Source: Nitrospinaceae bacterium (GTDB taxonomy: Bacteria > Nitrospinota > Nitrospinia > Nitrospinales > VA-1). From it: 53,665 nt of DNA. Below the pieces are notes generated by a model. That model was not told the DNA's origin, searched no databases, and saw only the letters and a program-made list of their open reading frames with translations. Every line of letters starts with the position of its first letter. Positions within the stretch are counted from its first letter, which is position 1. The translations under genes were made by a program, and so were the position numbers. The stretch lies in the NCBI GenBank assembly GCA_046754465.1, contig JBHHVU010000017.1:1-53665 (forward strand), in the 5' to 3' direction. Below are positions 21,293 to 30,138 of the stretch, one piece after another.

Positions 21293-21367
21293 AAAATCCC
21301 CCCGGCCCCTTTCGGGGAAGGGGGAGCCAGCCATTCCCCCTTTTTTAAAGGGGGTGAGGGGGATTTT
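21293..21367. repeat. REP-like palindromic element
   Basis: Outer AAAATCCCCC...GGGGGATTTT with internal hairpins, including CCCCCTTT-TTT-AAAGGGGG. Confidence 0.7.
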
Positions 21368-21427
21368 CTTTTTGACAGGATGAACAAGATCGACAGGATG
21401 GTTTAAAAAAGAAATCAGATTTTATCC
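21342..21427. repeat. ~86-bp dispersed repeat, copy A (ACAGGAT-periodic), inverted relative to 26138-26223
   Basis: Reverse complement aligns to 26138-26223 at roughly 85% by manual alignment. Confidence 0.85.
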
Positions 21428-21659
21428 CGACCCGCCCGGGGGGAGATATGTCAATCTCAATCGCCAATCGTGCTTGGTCCGCCATATAAAGTATGACAAA
21501 TTGCCCGCGGAGGCACTCCGCCCCTCCCCCGTGGCGGGCACGGGATTAAAAATCTCTTTGTGCCCGGGGTTGCTCCAATGCTACCCTTTTTATAATCCGG
21601 GAACGCCCCGGCTCCCATAACATCCAACATCCATCTCGCAAAAAACTGGAACCCCGATC

Positions 21660-22385
21660 ATGGAAGCTCAGACCGACCCCAATGGCATGTTCATCCAGGG
21701 AATGACCCGTCCCGATGAACTGATGCAATTCATGCGAACCCGGTTTCCCGAAAAGGAAATCCAGGAAACCTACCACCGTATGGTGGAGGAATCGAAAGCC
21801 CTGGCGCGCAGCGAAAAGACCACGCCGCTACAAGCGTTTTGGAAACTGCTGGACAAGGCCTATGATGAAAAAACACCTCCCCGGCAGTGTCAGCGCGGCT
21901 GCGCCCACTGCTGCCATACCGGAGTCGCGCTCACCCAGATGGAATGGGACGGCATACTCAACCGTGTCCGGGAAAACGGGATCGATCTCGAGTCCGTCAT
22001 CGAGCGCTCAAAAAAAACCGTCGGCCGGGTGCGGGGTGTTTTGCAATCGGGGAAGGACCTGGACCAGGTGGACTGGCATCAGCTGGTCGTCAACCAGCCC
22101 TGCCCCTTTCTGGGAGAAGACCAGGAATGTACCATTTACGAAGACCGGCCTCTGGATTGCCGGCTGGTGGTGGCGTTCCGGGACGTCTGCCAGTCCAAAA
22201 AACTCGAACACGCCCAACGCGGCACCGTGACCGAGGAGGCGGTGGGGTCCACCGTCGTCGCCCGGTTGCAGTACGACAAGACACCCAAATTCAAACGCCG
22301 GAAATTCCGCGGCACCCAGCCGCTGCGCCTCTTCCAGCACTGGCTGATCCTCTGGCAGGAAAAAAATAAAAAAAAGAAGAAATAA
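21660..22385 (+). CDS. YkgJ-family cysteine-cluster (putative Fe-S/Zn) protein
   Basis: CQRGCAHCC, CPFL, CTIYEDRPLDCR. Confidence 0.88.
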   Translation: MEAQTDPNGMFIQGMTRPDELMQFMRTRFPEKEIQETYHRMVEESKALARSEKTTPLQAFWKLLDKAYDEKTPPRQCQRGCAHCCHTGVALTQMEWDGILNRVRENGIDLESVIERSKKTVGRVRGVLQSGKDLDQVDWHQLVVNQPCPFLGEDQECTIYEDRPLDCRLVVAFRDVCQSKKLEHAQRGTVTEEAVGSTVVARLQYDKTPKFKRRKFRGTQPLRLFQHWLILWQEKNKKKKK

Positions 22386-22405
22386 GGATTGCCTCAAAAC
22401 CTTTC

Positions 22406-22841
22406 ACCGCAAAGACGCAAAGAACGCAAAGAAAAATGGATGAGAACGAGTTGTCTAATAAAATAATCGGAGCGTGTATTGAAGTTCATAAGTCATTGGG
22501 ACCGGGCTTAATGGAAAGTGTATACCAACAGTGCTTGGCTCGAGAATTCTCTTTACAAAATATCCCTTTCCAAAAAGAACTTTCAAAACCTGTCGAGTAC
22601 AAGGGGGTTTCATTGGATTGTGATCTACGTCTCGATTTTCTGGTCGATAAAAAAATTGTTGTGGAACTCAAGGCGGTGGATAAATTTTTACCGGTTCACC
22701 AGGCTCAAATCTTGACTTATTTGAAACTTGCCAAGTGTAAATTGGGATTGCTGATTAACTTTAATGTCCCAGTCCTTAAAGAGGGTATTCAACGAATCGC
22801 CCTTGGCCTTTAACCCTTTGCGTTCTTTGCGTCTTTGCGGT
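22406..22841 (+). mobile_element. Inverted-repeat-bounded GxxExxY cassette, copy 1
   Basis: Perfect 26-bp IRs: ACCGCAAAGACGCAAAGAACGCAAAG (22406-22431) and CTTTGCGTTCTTTGCGTCTTTGCGGT (22816-22841), 4 nt and 2 nt from the ORF ends. Confidence 0.6.
22436..22813 (+). CDS. GxxExxY protein (PD-(D/E)XK nuclease-like), copy 1
   Basis: LGPGLMESVY motif, LDFLVDKKIVVELK, AQILTYLK, GLLINF. Confidence 0.92.
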   Translation: MDENELSNKIIGACIEVHKSLGPGLMESVYQQCLAREFSLQNIPFQKELSKPVEYKGVSLDCDLRLDFLVDKKIVVELKAVDKFLPVHQAQILTYLKLAKCKLGLLINFNVPVLKEGIQRIALGL

Positions 22842-23024
22842 TAAACAGGTTCTATCTATAGGCCCAAATTTGCGCAACTGACCGCTCCGGGACATCTGTG
22901 AGTCCAAAAAACTCGAACTCGCCCAGCGCGGCACCCAGCCGCTGCGCCTCTTCCAGCACTGGCTGATCCTCTGGCAGGAAAAAAATAAAAAAAAGAAGAA
23001 ATAAGGATTGCCTCAAAACCTTTC

Positions 23025-23460
23025 ACCGCAAAGACGCAAAGAACGCAAAGAAAAATGGATGAGAACGAGTTGTCTAATAAAATAATCGGAGCGTGTATTG
23101 AAGTTCATAAGTCATTGGGACCGGGCTTAATGGAAAGTGTATACCAACAGTGCTTGGCTCGAGAATTCTCTTTACAAAATATCCCTTTCCAAAAAGAACT
23201 TTCAAAACCTGTCGAGTACAAGGGGGTTTCATTGGATTGTGATCTACGTCTCGATTTTCTGGTCGATAAAAAAATTGTTGTGGAACTCAAGGCGGTGGAT
23301 AAATTTTTACCGGTTCACCAGGCTCAAATCTTGACTTATTTGAAACTTGCCAAGTGTAAATTGGGATTGCTGATTAACTTTAATGTCCCAGTCCTTAAAG
23401 AGGGTATTCAACGAATCGCCCTTGGCCTTTAACCCTTTGCGTTCTTTGCGTCTTTGCGGT
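23025..23460 (+). mobile_element. Inverted-repeat-bounded GxxExxY cassette, copy 2
   Basis: Same 26-bp IRs at 23025-23050 and 23435-23460. Confidence 0.6.
23055..23432 (+). CDS. GxxExxY protein, copy 2 (identical)
   Basis: Identical 125-aa translation. Confidence 0.92.
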   Translation: MDENELSNKIIGACIEVHKSLGPGLMESVYQQCLAREFSLQNIPFQKELSKPVEYKGVSLDCDLRLDFLVDKKIVVELKAVDKFLPVHQAQILTYLKLAKCKLGLLINFNVPVLKEGIQRIALGL

Positions 23461-23537
23461 TAAACAGGTTCTATATTTCAGGCTACCCGTAAAAAACCGG
23501 CCCGGCGGGGAAAGCGGATGTTCTTTTCCGGGGGATA

Positions 23538-24053
23538 CTACCGGCCTTCGCGGATTTCGATGTGATAGAAATGGGCTTCCTCCCCCTGGGTGGAAAATGC
23601 TTTGTAGGTGCCGATACCCTTGGGAGGCAACTGAACCCTCTGCCAGGCAGTCACTTCTCCTGGCGACTTGTTTTTATCGAAAAAATGAGTTTTGCCCTCG
23701 ATTTGCAGTGGGAAGTTGGTATGGTTGCGGAGGATGGTCAGCACCTCCATGGTCCCGGTGGGCGTGCGCCGAAACTCGCTCTGCTCCACGGATATCTTGA
23801 AGCGGACCACGGGGTTTTGCTGGGCGGCCATTTCCGCCGTGGTGGGCGCACCGACCCTTTGGCCTTCGCAATAGGTCGCCCCGACCATCTCGGAATACAG
23901 GGACGTGTCGACGATCGTGACGGAATTCATCTTGATCCCCGGCTCGAGCGGTTTTTCCTGCAGTATGTTCACACAGGGATCGGCCGTGGCGCATCCGGCC
24001 AGGATCAGTCCCGAGAGAATCAATGTCCAACCCCATTTTGCCGTGCCCATCAT
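23538..24053 (-). CDS. YcfL/DUF1425-like lipoprotein
   Basis: AAGGAGG RBS before ATG 24053; lipobox LAGC; 'LRNHTNFPLQIE...FFD...WQRVQLPP' pattern. Confidence 0.65.
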   Translation of the reverse strand: MMGTAKWGWTLILSGLILAGCATADPCVNILQEKPLEPGIKMNSVTIVDTSLYSEMVGATYCEGQRVGAPTTAEMAAQQNPVVRFKISVEQSEFRRTPTGTMEVLTILRNHTNFPLQIEGKTHFFDKNKSPGEVTAWQRVQLPPKGIGTYKAFSTQGEEAHFYHIEIREGR

Positions 24054-24084
24054 AAGAACCTCCTTGAAACCCAAAAGCCCCGGA

Positions 24085-25350
24085 TCAATGCACCAGGGCC
24101 GATCGTGACCGGACCCAGGCAAATCCGAACCGGTCATTGACGAAATAAATTTTGCCCTTTTTGTGGAGACGGGGCAGTTCCGAGCCATCGGCGGCGAAAA
24201 AGGAACACTCGAACCCCTGGTCCCCGGACTCCGAGTGCAAGGTAAAAATTTGCACCCGGTCGGGCAAATTGTCCCAGGAGCGGGCATCAGCGCGGGTGCG
24301 CGTCCGCGCGGCGAGCGCCCGCTGTCCCAGGCCTACCAGTCCCATCACGCCGGCGGCGATGGCCACGGCGCCGGAATCATCGCCGAACTGGGGAGACATC
24401 GCCAGGGTCTGTAGGGAGAGATCGGTCAGGGTTCTTCCCATCCTTTCATTGGTATCCCGGAATTGGACCTTTCCCGCAAGAATTTTATCGACCTCCCGGC
24501 CGCCCCGGGTGTTGGCCTGCCAGTAAATATCCTCCATGGTGTAGCCCTTGAAAACGGATCCCCCGATCCGGAAGCGGACGGATTTTTCCCACGCCAGCCC
24601 CGGCCGGAACACGAGCGCGGATTGCCCCTTTCCCACCGCCAGTTTGATGGGAGCGGTCCCCGTCTCCGCGATCAAAAGCACATTGTCGTCCGGGCCGGGG
24701 GGAACGAAATCGGGCCGGTGCTGCTTAACTTCCCGGAAGGATTCCTGGGCCATATCCTCGTCCCCGAGCATCCGCGAGGCCCAGCCTTCCAGGAAAACCA
24801 ACAGGGCGAAATCGGCGCGGTAGACCTCCTGTTCCGCGAAGGCGTCCTGCAGCAAGCCGCCCTTGAAGGAGGCGCGGGCATTTTCGAAATCGCCGAGGCG
24901 AAGGTAGAGCAGTCCCCGGTAGTAATAGGCCATCGCCCGTTCATAAGGTTCCCCTTTAAAATCCTTGCGGCCCTCTTCGTACCAGAGGCTTTTCGCGCGG
25001 GCGGCGTTGGGATTGTCCGCGTAAACCGATTCGATATTCAGCAAGGCAATGTCGAAGGAGCGCTCCGCCAGTTCGAACTCGCCCAGTTCCATCGCGGCCA
25101 GCCCCGCCCGCATGTGATTGAGGACGAGATTTCTTTGTCCCTCGAGCAGCGCCTTCCGGTAGAGAGGGCGCAAAGGTTCCGGCTTGTCCGCGAGATACGC
25201 CGTCACCACCGATTCCGGCATATACGGCAGCTCGTAATCCGGGGAGGACGAGCAACCCCCGAAAAGGATGGAGAGAATAACAAAGGCCGGGAACCAGGCG
25301 GATGGGAGTCGAAATCGGGTGGCTTCCTTATCGATAGATGATGTCGTCAC
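24085..25350 (-). CDS. TPR-containing lipoprotein, COG3014-like
   Basis: Lipobox FGGC, 'FKGEPYERAMAYYYRGLLYL..GD.ENAR', 'AD.RSW..LP'. Start uncertain (GTG 25350 chosen). Confidence 0.7.
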   Translation of the reverse strand: MTTSSIDKEATRFRLPSAWFPAFVILSILFGGCSSSPDYELPYMPESVVTAYLADKPEPLRPLYRKALLEGQRNLVLNHMRAGLAAMELGEFELAERSFDIALLNIESVYADNPNAARAKSLWYEEGRKDFKGEPYERAMAYYYRGLLYLRLGDFENARASFKGGLLQDAFAEQEVYRADFALLVFLEGWASRMLGDEDMAQESFREVKQHRPDFVPPGPDDNVLLIAETGTAPIKLAVGKGQSALVFRPGLAWEKSVRFRIGGSVFKGYTMEDIYWQANTRGGREVDKILAGKVQFRDTNERMGRTLTDLSLQTLAMSPQFGDDSGAVAIAAGVMGLVGLGQRALAARTRTRADARSWDNLPDRVQIFTLHSESGDQGFECSFFAADGSELPRLHKKGKIYFVNDRFGFAWVRSRSALVH

Positions 25351-26002
25351 GCGCTGATTTCTTGAAATCATAAATCCCGCTCCAGGCAATCTGGCCCGAC
25401 TCCAGGTCGACCATCTCGAAAATGATCTGATGCGTGCGCGAGGCCATGCCCGTACGCGAATCCACCGCGTCGATGGTGGTGATGCGTCCACCCAGCCGGT
25501 AATCGCCGCCCAGGGTAGCTTGCCTGGCCGGGATCGTTCCCCGGTCCACCGGTGGCGCGCCGGAATCCCCGGCCTGCCTCTTCAAATGCCGCTCCCGCTC
25601 GACCATGTCCGAATAAATCCGGCCGACGAAAATGATCCGTCCCCTGGCGGCCCGGTTCAAATTCACGCGCAACCGGTCGGTGATGATATTCTTGTTGATG
25701 CGGGTGGAACTCTCGTTTCTGAAATATTCCGAATCGATGATGACGCGGGGCGGCGGGTTTCTATGCGCGAAAAGCGGGGTAGCCAACAGGTCGCCGATCA
25801 TTTTGTCGGTCATGCTCTGGACATCCTGGGATTCGATGCCAATTCCCGCGACCCGGCCGGGCGATCCAAAATCCTCATAGACCGTTGGACGCCCCGGAGC
25901 GCTGTTCACCCCGGTTGAAGGAACATAAGGAGGAGGAGCCGCACACCCCAGTACCCAAAAGCACGGTACCGCCGCCAGGAAAAATTTTGCCGAAAGTTTC
26001 AT
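25328..26002 (-). CDS. LpoB-like (penicillin-binding protein activator) lipoprotein
   Basis: Lipobox VLGC, 'D...M...M...LL', 'N.SS..IN...ITD.L', 'G.DY.L.GRI..I', 'MVDLESGQIAW'. Confidence 0.7.
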   Translation of the reverse strand: MKLSAKFFLAAVPCFWVLGCAAPPPYVPSTGVNSAPGRPTVYEDFGSPGRVAGIGIESQDVQSMTDKMIGDLLATPLFAHRNPPPRVIIDSEYFRNESSTRINKNIITDRLRVNLNRAARGRIIFVGRIYSDMVERERHLKRQAGDSGAPPVDRGTIPARQATLGGDYRLGGRITTIDAVDSRTGMASRTHQIIFEMVDLESGQIAWSGIYDFKKSARDDIIYR

Positions 26003-26137
26003 CACCGTCACCTCCCCGCCGAACCCAGTTTATATCAAATTTTATATACAATATTTAACCACTTTAAAGGTCCGGGAGCAAGCACGTAAACGGGAGGGAG
26101 ATGGCGAACAGGAAAAGACAATCCAGACAGGATTACA

Positions 26138-26223
26138 GGATAAAATCTGATTTTTTCTTCTAAACCATGCTGCCGATCCTGTTCATTCTGTCAAAAACAA
26201 AATCCCCCTGGCCCCTTTAAAAA
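26138..26223. repeat. ~86-bp dispersed repeat, copy B
   Basis: Inverted copy of 21342-21427. It lies within a local palindrome GACAGGATTACAGGAT...ATCCTGTTCATTCTGTC. Confidence 0.85.
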
Positions 26224-26289
26224 GTGGGGTGGTTTCCTCTTTAGGGAAGGGGAAAAGTAGCGAGCCGCCCGCCACGGAATGGAAAAAAA

Positions 26290-29200
26290 TCAAGGTTTGC
26301 CGTAGCCCCCGCCGCCGGGGGTGAGGATGCGGATGCGATCGCCGGGTTGGGCCTGGACCTGATTTTTTCCTCCTAGATCGGTCTCGGTTCCGTCGCGGTG
26401 AAGAAAAATATTCTTCCCTTTCGCGCCGGGGTGGCCGCCTGCCAGTCCGTACGGGGCATAGACCCGCCTTTCGGAGAGAATCGAGACGGTCAGGGGTTGG
26501 AGGAACTCGATTTCGCGGACGAGTCCGTCCCCGCCCCGGAACCTTCCCTCGCCCCCGGACCCGCACCGGATGGAGAACTCCCGCAAGAGGACGGGATACC
26601 TTTTCTCCAGGACTTCCGGGTCGGTGATGCGGGTATTGGTCATGTGGGTGTGGACGCCGGACTGGCCGTGCCAGTGGGGTCCGGCTCCCGCTCCGCCGCC
26701 GATGGTCTCGTAGTAACCGAAATGTTCGTTGCCGAAGGTGAGGTTGTTCATGCATCCCTGCGATGCGGCGCAGGCGCCAAAGGCCTTGAAGATGACATCG
26801 GTCAACCGCTGGGAGGTCAGCACGTTTCCCGCGGCGACCGCCGCGTTCCCGGAAGGCGCCAGCAGCGACCCTTCCCGGATCACCACCTGAATCCGGCTCA
26901 GGCAACCCTGGTTGAGAGGAATATCACTATCAATCAGGCACCGGAGGCAGTAGAGAATCGCCGACGTTGTCACCGCCCTGGGCGCGTTCAAATTGCCCGG
27001 CACCTGGGGTCCGGTTCCGGAGAAATCGAATATCGCCTTGCCCTCGTTACGGTCGATCATCACGCAGAGCCGGATGGGAACGCCGTCATCCAGATAATCC
27101 TCCGCCTCCAGGGTATCCACGGCTCGGAGGCCCCTGGAGCGGGACAGATCCTTCAGCAGGTTTTCCACGCATTTCCGGGCATTTTCCTGCAAATGCTGCA
27201 TGTAGGCCTGGACCCCCTCGAGGGAGAAGGACCGGATCATTTCGTTCAGGAGCTCGATTCCCTTCCGGTTCGCCGCCACCTGGGCCTTGAGATCGGAGAG
27301 GTTATCGGCCAGGGCGCGGGTGCCGCTGATGGGCGGGAGGCCGGGGAGCCGGTGCACCTGGGCGGGAGCCTGCAACAGCCCGGTGATTTCCTTTTCCTGA
27401 AAGACCCCGTTTTCCACCAGCTTGAAAGACTGGATACAGGCGCCCTCCTCTACCAGTGTTTGTGAAAAAGGCGGCATCGATCCGGGGGTGATGCCGCCGA
27501 CATCGGCGTGGTGACCCCGGCTGGCGACGAAGAAGACCGGCCATCCCCCCGCGATCACCGGCGTGATGACGGTGATGTCGGGAAGGTGGCTGCCCCCCTC
27601 CGAGGGATGATTGGTCACCCAAACGTCGCCGGGTTGAATATCGGGACCTTGCAGCCGGATTTGTTGGCGGACGGCTTCGCCCATCGCCCCCAGGTGAACG
27701 GGCTGATGCGGGGCGTTGGCGACCAGGTCCCCTTCCGGACCAAATATCGCGCAGGAAAAATCCTGCCGTTCCTTGATATTGGTGGATATGGCCGTGCGCT
27801 GGAGAGTGCGGCCCATTTGCTCGGCGATGGACATAAACCGGTTGCCGAAGAGAGACAGTTGCACGGGATCCACTTTGGAATCCCTCGAACGCTTTGGAGG
27901 TGGAGAAACCTCGATCTCCACATCCCCGAAATCCGTGATCAGGGCGGAACAGCCCGGTTCGAGAATGATGGTGGAAGTTTTGTGAAGGATGATGGCGGGC
28001 CCTTTCAGTTCCTGGCAGGCCCCCAAGGAATCGAGCAGATAAACGGCGGCATCCAGCCAGCCCTCCTCGAAATAACAGCGGACAGCGGAAATGGGGGGTG
28101 TGGGACTCGGCAGACGGGGAATCCGGACCGTTTTCAATGAGCCGGGTTTTCCGGAGACGCGCACACGAAGATCATCCACCAGAATTTCACGTCCTGCCAT
28201 TTCAAACCCGTATTCCCGTTTATGCGCCCGGATAAATTCCCTCTCGAAATCGCCATTGGGAGGTTCCAGAACCATCGCCGCGGTATCGGAACCCCGGTAA
28301 CGCATGTTCAGGTACCGGCGGATTTCCAGTTGATAATCTCCCTGCCGTTTTATTTCCTCCACGGCCTTTTGGGTCAGGGCCTCCAGCCGGCCAAGGAGGA
28401 GGGGCAGGGTTTCTTCCCGGAAGACTTGGGAAGCGGGTTCCTGTTTTTCAACCACCACATCGGCCAATCCCAGGCCATAGGCCGAGAGGACCCCGGCGAA
28501 CCGGTGAATCACTATTTTGCGGATCCCCAACCCGCGGGCAATGGCGCAGGCGTGCTGGCCCCCGGCTCCCCCGAAACACGCGAGCACATGCTCCCGGATA
28601 TCGTATCCCCGGGCCACGGAGATTTCCCGGATGGAGCGGACCATGGTCTCATTGGCCACCTCAACAAACCCGTAAGCCACCTCCTCCGGACTCATGGGGG
28701 TGCCGCCGCTAACTTCGGAATTGATTTTTCGCGTCATGTCCTCGAAGGCTTTACAGGCTGCCTGTTCATCGAGGGGGAGGTTTTCATGGGGACCAAATAT
28801 TTTCGGAAAATAATTCGGTAACAGCCGGCCCATAAGAAGATTGGCGTCGGTGAGGGAAAGGGGGCCTCCATTTCGATAACACACCGGTCCCGGATAAGCG
28901 CCGGAAGACTCGGGACCGACCTGGAACATTCCGTTGCGGTAAAAGAGCCGTGACCCTCCGCCCGCCGCAACGGTTTTGATATCGAGTTGCGGAATCATCA
29001 GGTGAACGCCCCCGGTTTCCGTTTCATGGACCCATTCGTACTCCCCATCGAACCGGGACACATCGGTGGATGTACCCCCCATATCGAATCCGATCACCGG
29101 TTTGCTGAAATCTCCGTGAAAGGTGGTCATGGCATACCCGACCACCCCCGCCGCCGGCCCCGAAAGGATCGCCTGGCTGCCCTTAAACGAATCGGCGCGG

Positions 29201-30021
29201 ACCAGTCCGCCATCGGATTGCATGAAGAACAGTTCCGGCTCGCCGCCCTTGAACCGGGACCGGAACCCCTCCAGGTAATCCTGGATACCAGGGGTGAGGT
29301 AGGCATCCACACAGCAGGTCTGCCCCCGGTCGACCATCTTGATTCGGGGCATGACCTGGCTGGATAGAGACACATGGGAGAAACCGAGCTCTTCCGCCAG
29401 GGCGCCGATTTCCAGCTCGTGCGCGGGATAGATATAGGAATGCATGAGGACAATCGCCAGGCTACAGATTCCCCGTTCGAGTAATTCCTCAAGTTCCGGC
29501 CGAATCCGGACGAGATCCGGAGCTTGCAGAATTTCTACTGTCTCGCCGGTCACGCCCTGAACTTGTGGGTAGCGTGGATCCGGAGAAGCCCGGCCCCCGA
29601 GCCTGATCCGCTCATCGACCTCAACCACGGCCCCGTAGGGGAGGTCCGGTTTTTTGATTTCCAGGTCGAAGATACGGGGACGATTCTGTTTGCCAATCCG
29701 CAAAAGGTCCCGGAAACCCTTGGTGATCACCAGGGCGGTGGGGGCGCCTTTCCGCTCCAGGAGGGCGTTGGTGGCAACCGTGGTTCCCATCCGGATCCAT
29801 TCGATGCGGCCGGTGTCGAACCCATCACTCGGATGCGGGGTTCCCGTCACCTCGCCAAGGATCCTGTGGATTCCCTCGCTGGGCGCGTCGGAGTATTGAT
29901 CCGGGTTCTCAGAAAGGAGTTTGAGGACCCGGAACCCCGGTTCCCCGGGCACTTCCGCGTAGATGTCCGTGAAGGTGCCTCCACGGTCAATAGAAAACCG
30001 GAACTTGTCTGCATGGGACAT
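26290..30021 (-). CDS. oplA: ATP-dependent 5-oxoprolinase, fused hydantoinase A/B type
   Basis: IDRGGTFTD, GTTVATNALLERKG, DMGGTSTDV, NIKERQDFSCA, GGSHLPD, HTHMTNTRITDPE, TPGGGGYG. Start at ATG 30021. Confidence 0.93.
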   Translation of the reverse strand: MSHADKFRFSIDRGGTFTDIYAEVPGEPGFRVLKLLSENPDQYSDAPSEGIHRILGEVTGTPHPSDGFDTGRIEWIRMGTTVATNALLERKGAPTALVITKGFRDLLRIGKQNRPRIFDLEIKKPDLPYGAVVEVDERIRLGGRASPDPRYPQVQGVTGETVEILQAPDLVRIRPELEELLERGICSLAIVLMHSYIYPAHELEIGALAEELGFSHVSLSSQVMPRIKMVDRGQTCCVDAYLTPGIQDYLEGFRSRFKGGEPELFFMQSDGGLVRADSFKGSQAILSGPAAGVVGYAMTTFHGDFSKPVIGFDMGGTSTDVSRFDGEYEWVHETETGGVHLMIPQLDIKTVAAGGGSRLFYRNGMFQVGPESSGAYPGPVCYRNGGPLSLTDANLLMGRLLPNYFPKIFGPHENLPLDEQAACKAFEDMTRKINSEVSGGTPMSPEEVAYGFVEVANETMVRSIREISVARGYDIREHVLACFGGAGGQHACAIARGLGIRKIVIHRFAGVLSAYGLGLADVVVEKQEPASQVFREETLPLLLGRLEALTQKAVEEIKRQGDYQLEIRRYLNMRYRGSDTAAMVLEPPNGDFEREFIRAHKREYGFEMAGREILVDDLRVRVSGKPGSLKTVRIPRLPSPTPPISAVRCYFEEGWLDAAVYLLDSLGACQELKGPAIILHKTSTIILEPGCSALITDFGDVEIEVSPPPKRSRDSKVDPVQLSLFGNRFMSIAEQMGRTLQRTAISTNIKERQDFSCAIFGPEGDLVANAPHQPVHLGAMGEAVRQQIRLQGPDIQPGDVWVTNHPSEGGSHLPDITVITPVIAGGWPVFFVASRGHHADVGGITPGSMPPFSQTLVEEGACIQSFKLVENGVFQEKEITGLLQAPAQVHRLPGLPPISGTRALADNLSDLKAQVAANRKGIELLNEMIRSFSLEGVQAYMQHLQENARKCVENLLKDLSRSRGLRAVDTLEAEDYLDDGVPIRLCVMIDRNEGKAIFDFSGTGPQVPGNLNAPRAVTTSAILYCLRCLIDSDIPLNQGCLSRIQVVIREGSLLAPSGNAAVAAGNVLTSQRLTDVIFKAFGACAASQGCMNNLTFGNEHFGYYETIGGGAGAGPHWHGQSGVHTHMTNTRITDPEVLEKRYPVLLREFSIRCGSGGEGRFRGGDGLVREIEFLQPLTVSILSERRVYAPYGLAGGHPGAKGKNIFLHRDGTETDLGGKNQVQAQPGDRIRILTPGGGGYGKP

Positions 30022-30138
30022 GCAGGGAGAATAAACAGGAATTCGGGTCTTGTGAAGGAAAAAATCAAATGGGAGGTCCCGGCAGTTATCGGCATGCCGA
30101 AATGGATCCGGGGGAAAACTCAATTACGCCCAGGAGGG

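Larger units (their letters stand above)
22308..22855 (+). repeat. 548-bp direct repeat, copy 1 (ykgJ-like 3' end plus GxxExxY cassette)
   Basis: Repeated at 22927-23474 (offset 619); the ORF track gives identical translations in three frames. Confidence 0.95.
22927..23474 (+). repeat. 548-bp direct repeat, copy 2
   Basis: Appears identical to 22308-22855. Confidence 0.95.

Noticed and set aside
21062..21406. Short ORFs overlapping the palindromic elements
   Set aside because: Translations (PPAPFGEGG, SPFFKGGEG) simply read through the repeat DNA.
22406..23460. CRISPR array or classical IS interpretation of the CGCAAAG repeats
   Set aside because: Repeats are inverted with no unique spacers or cas genes; no DDE, HUH or recombinase motifs and no clear target-site duplication.
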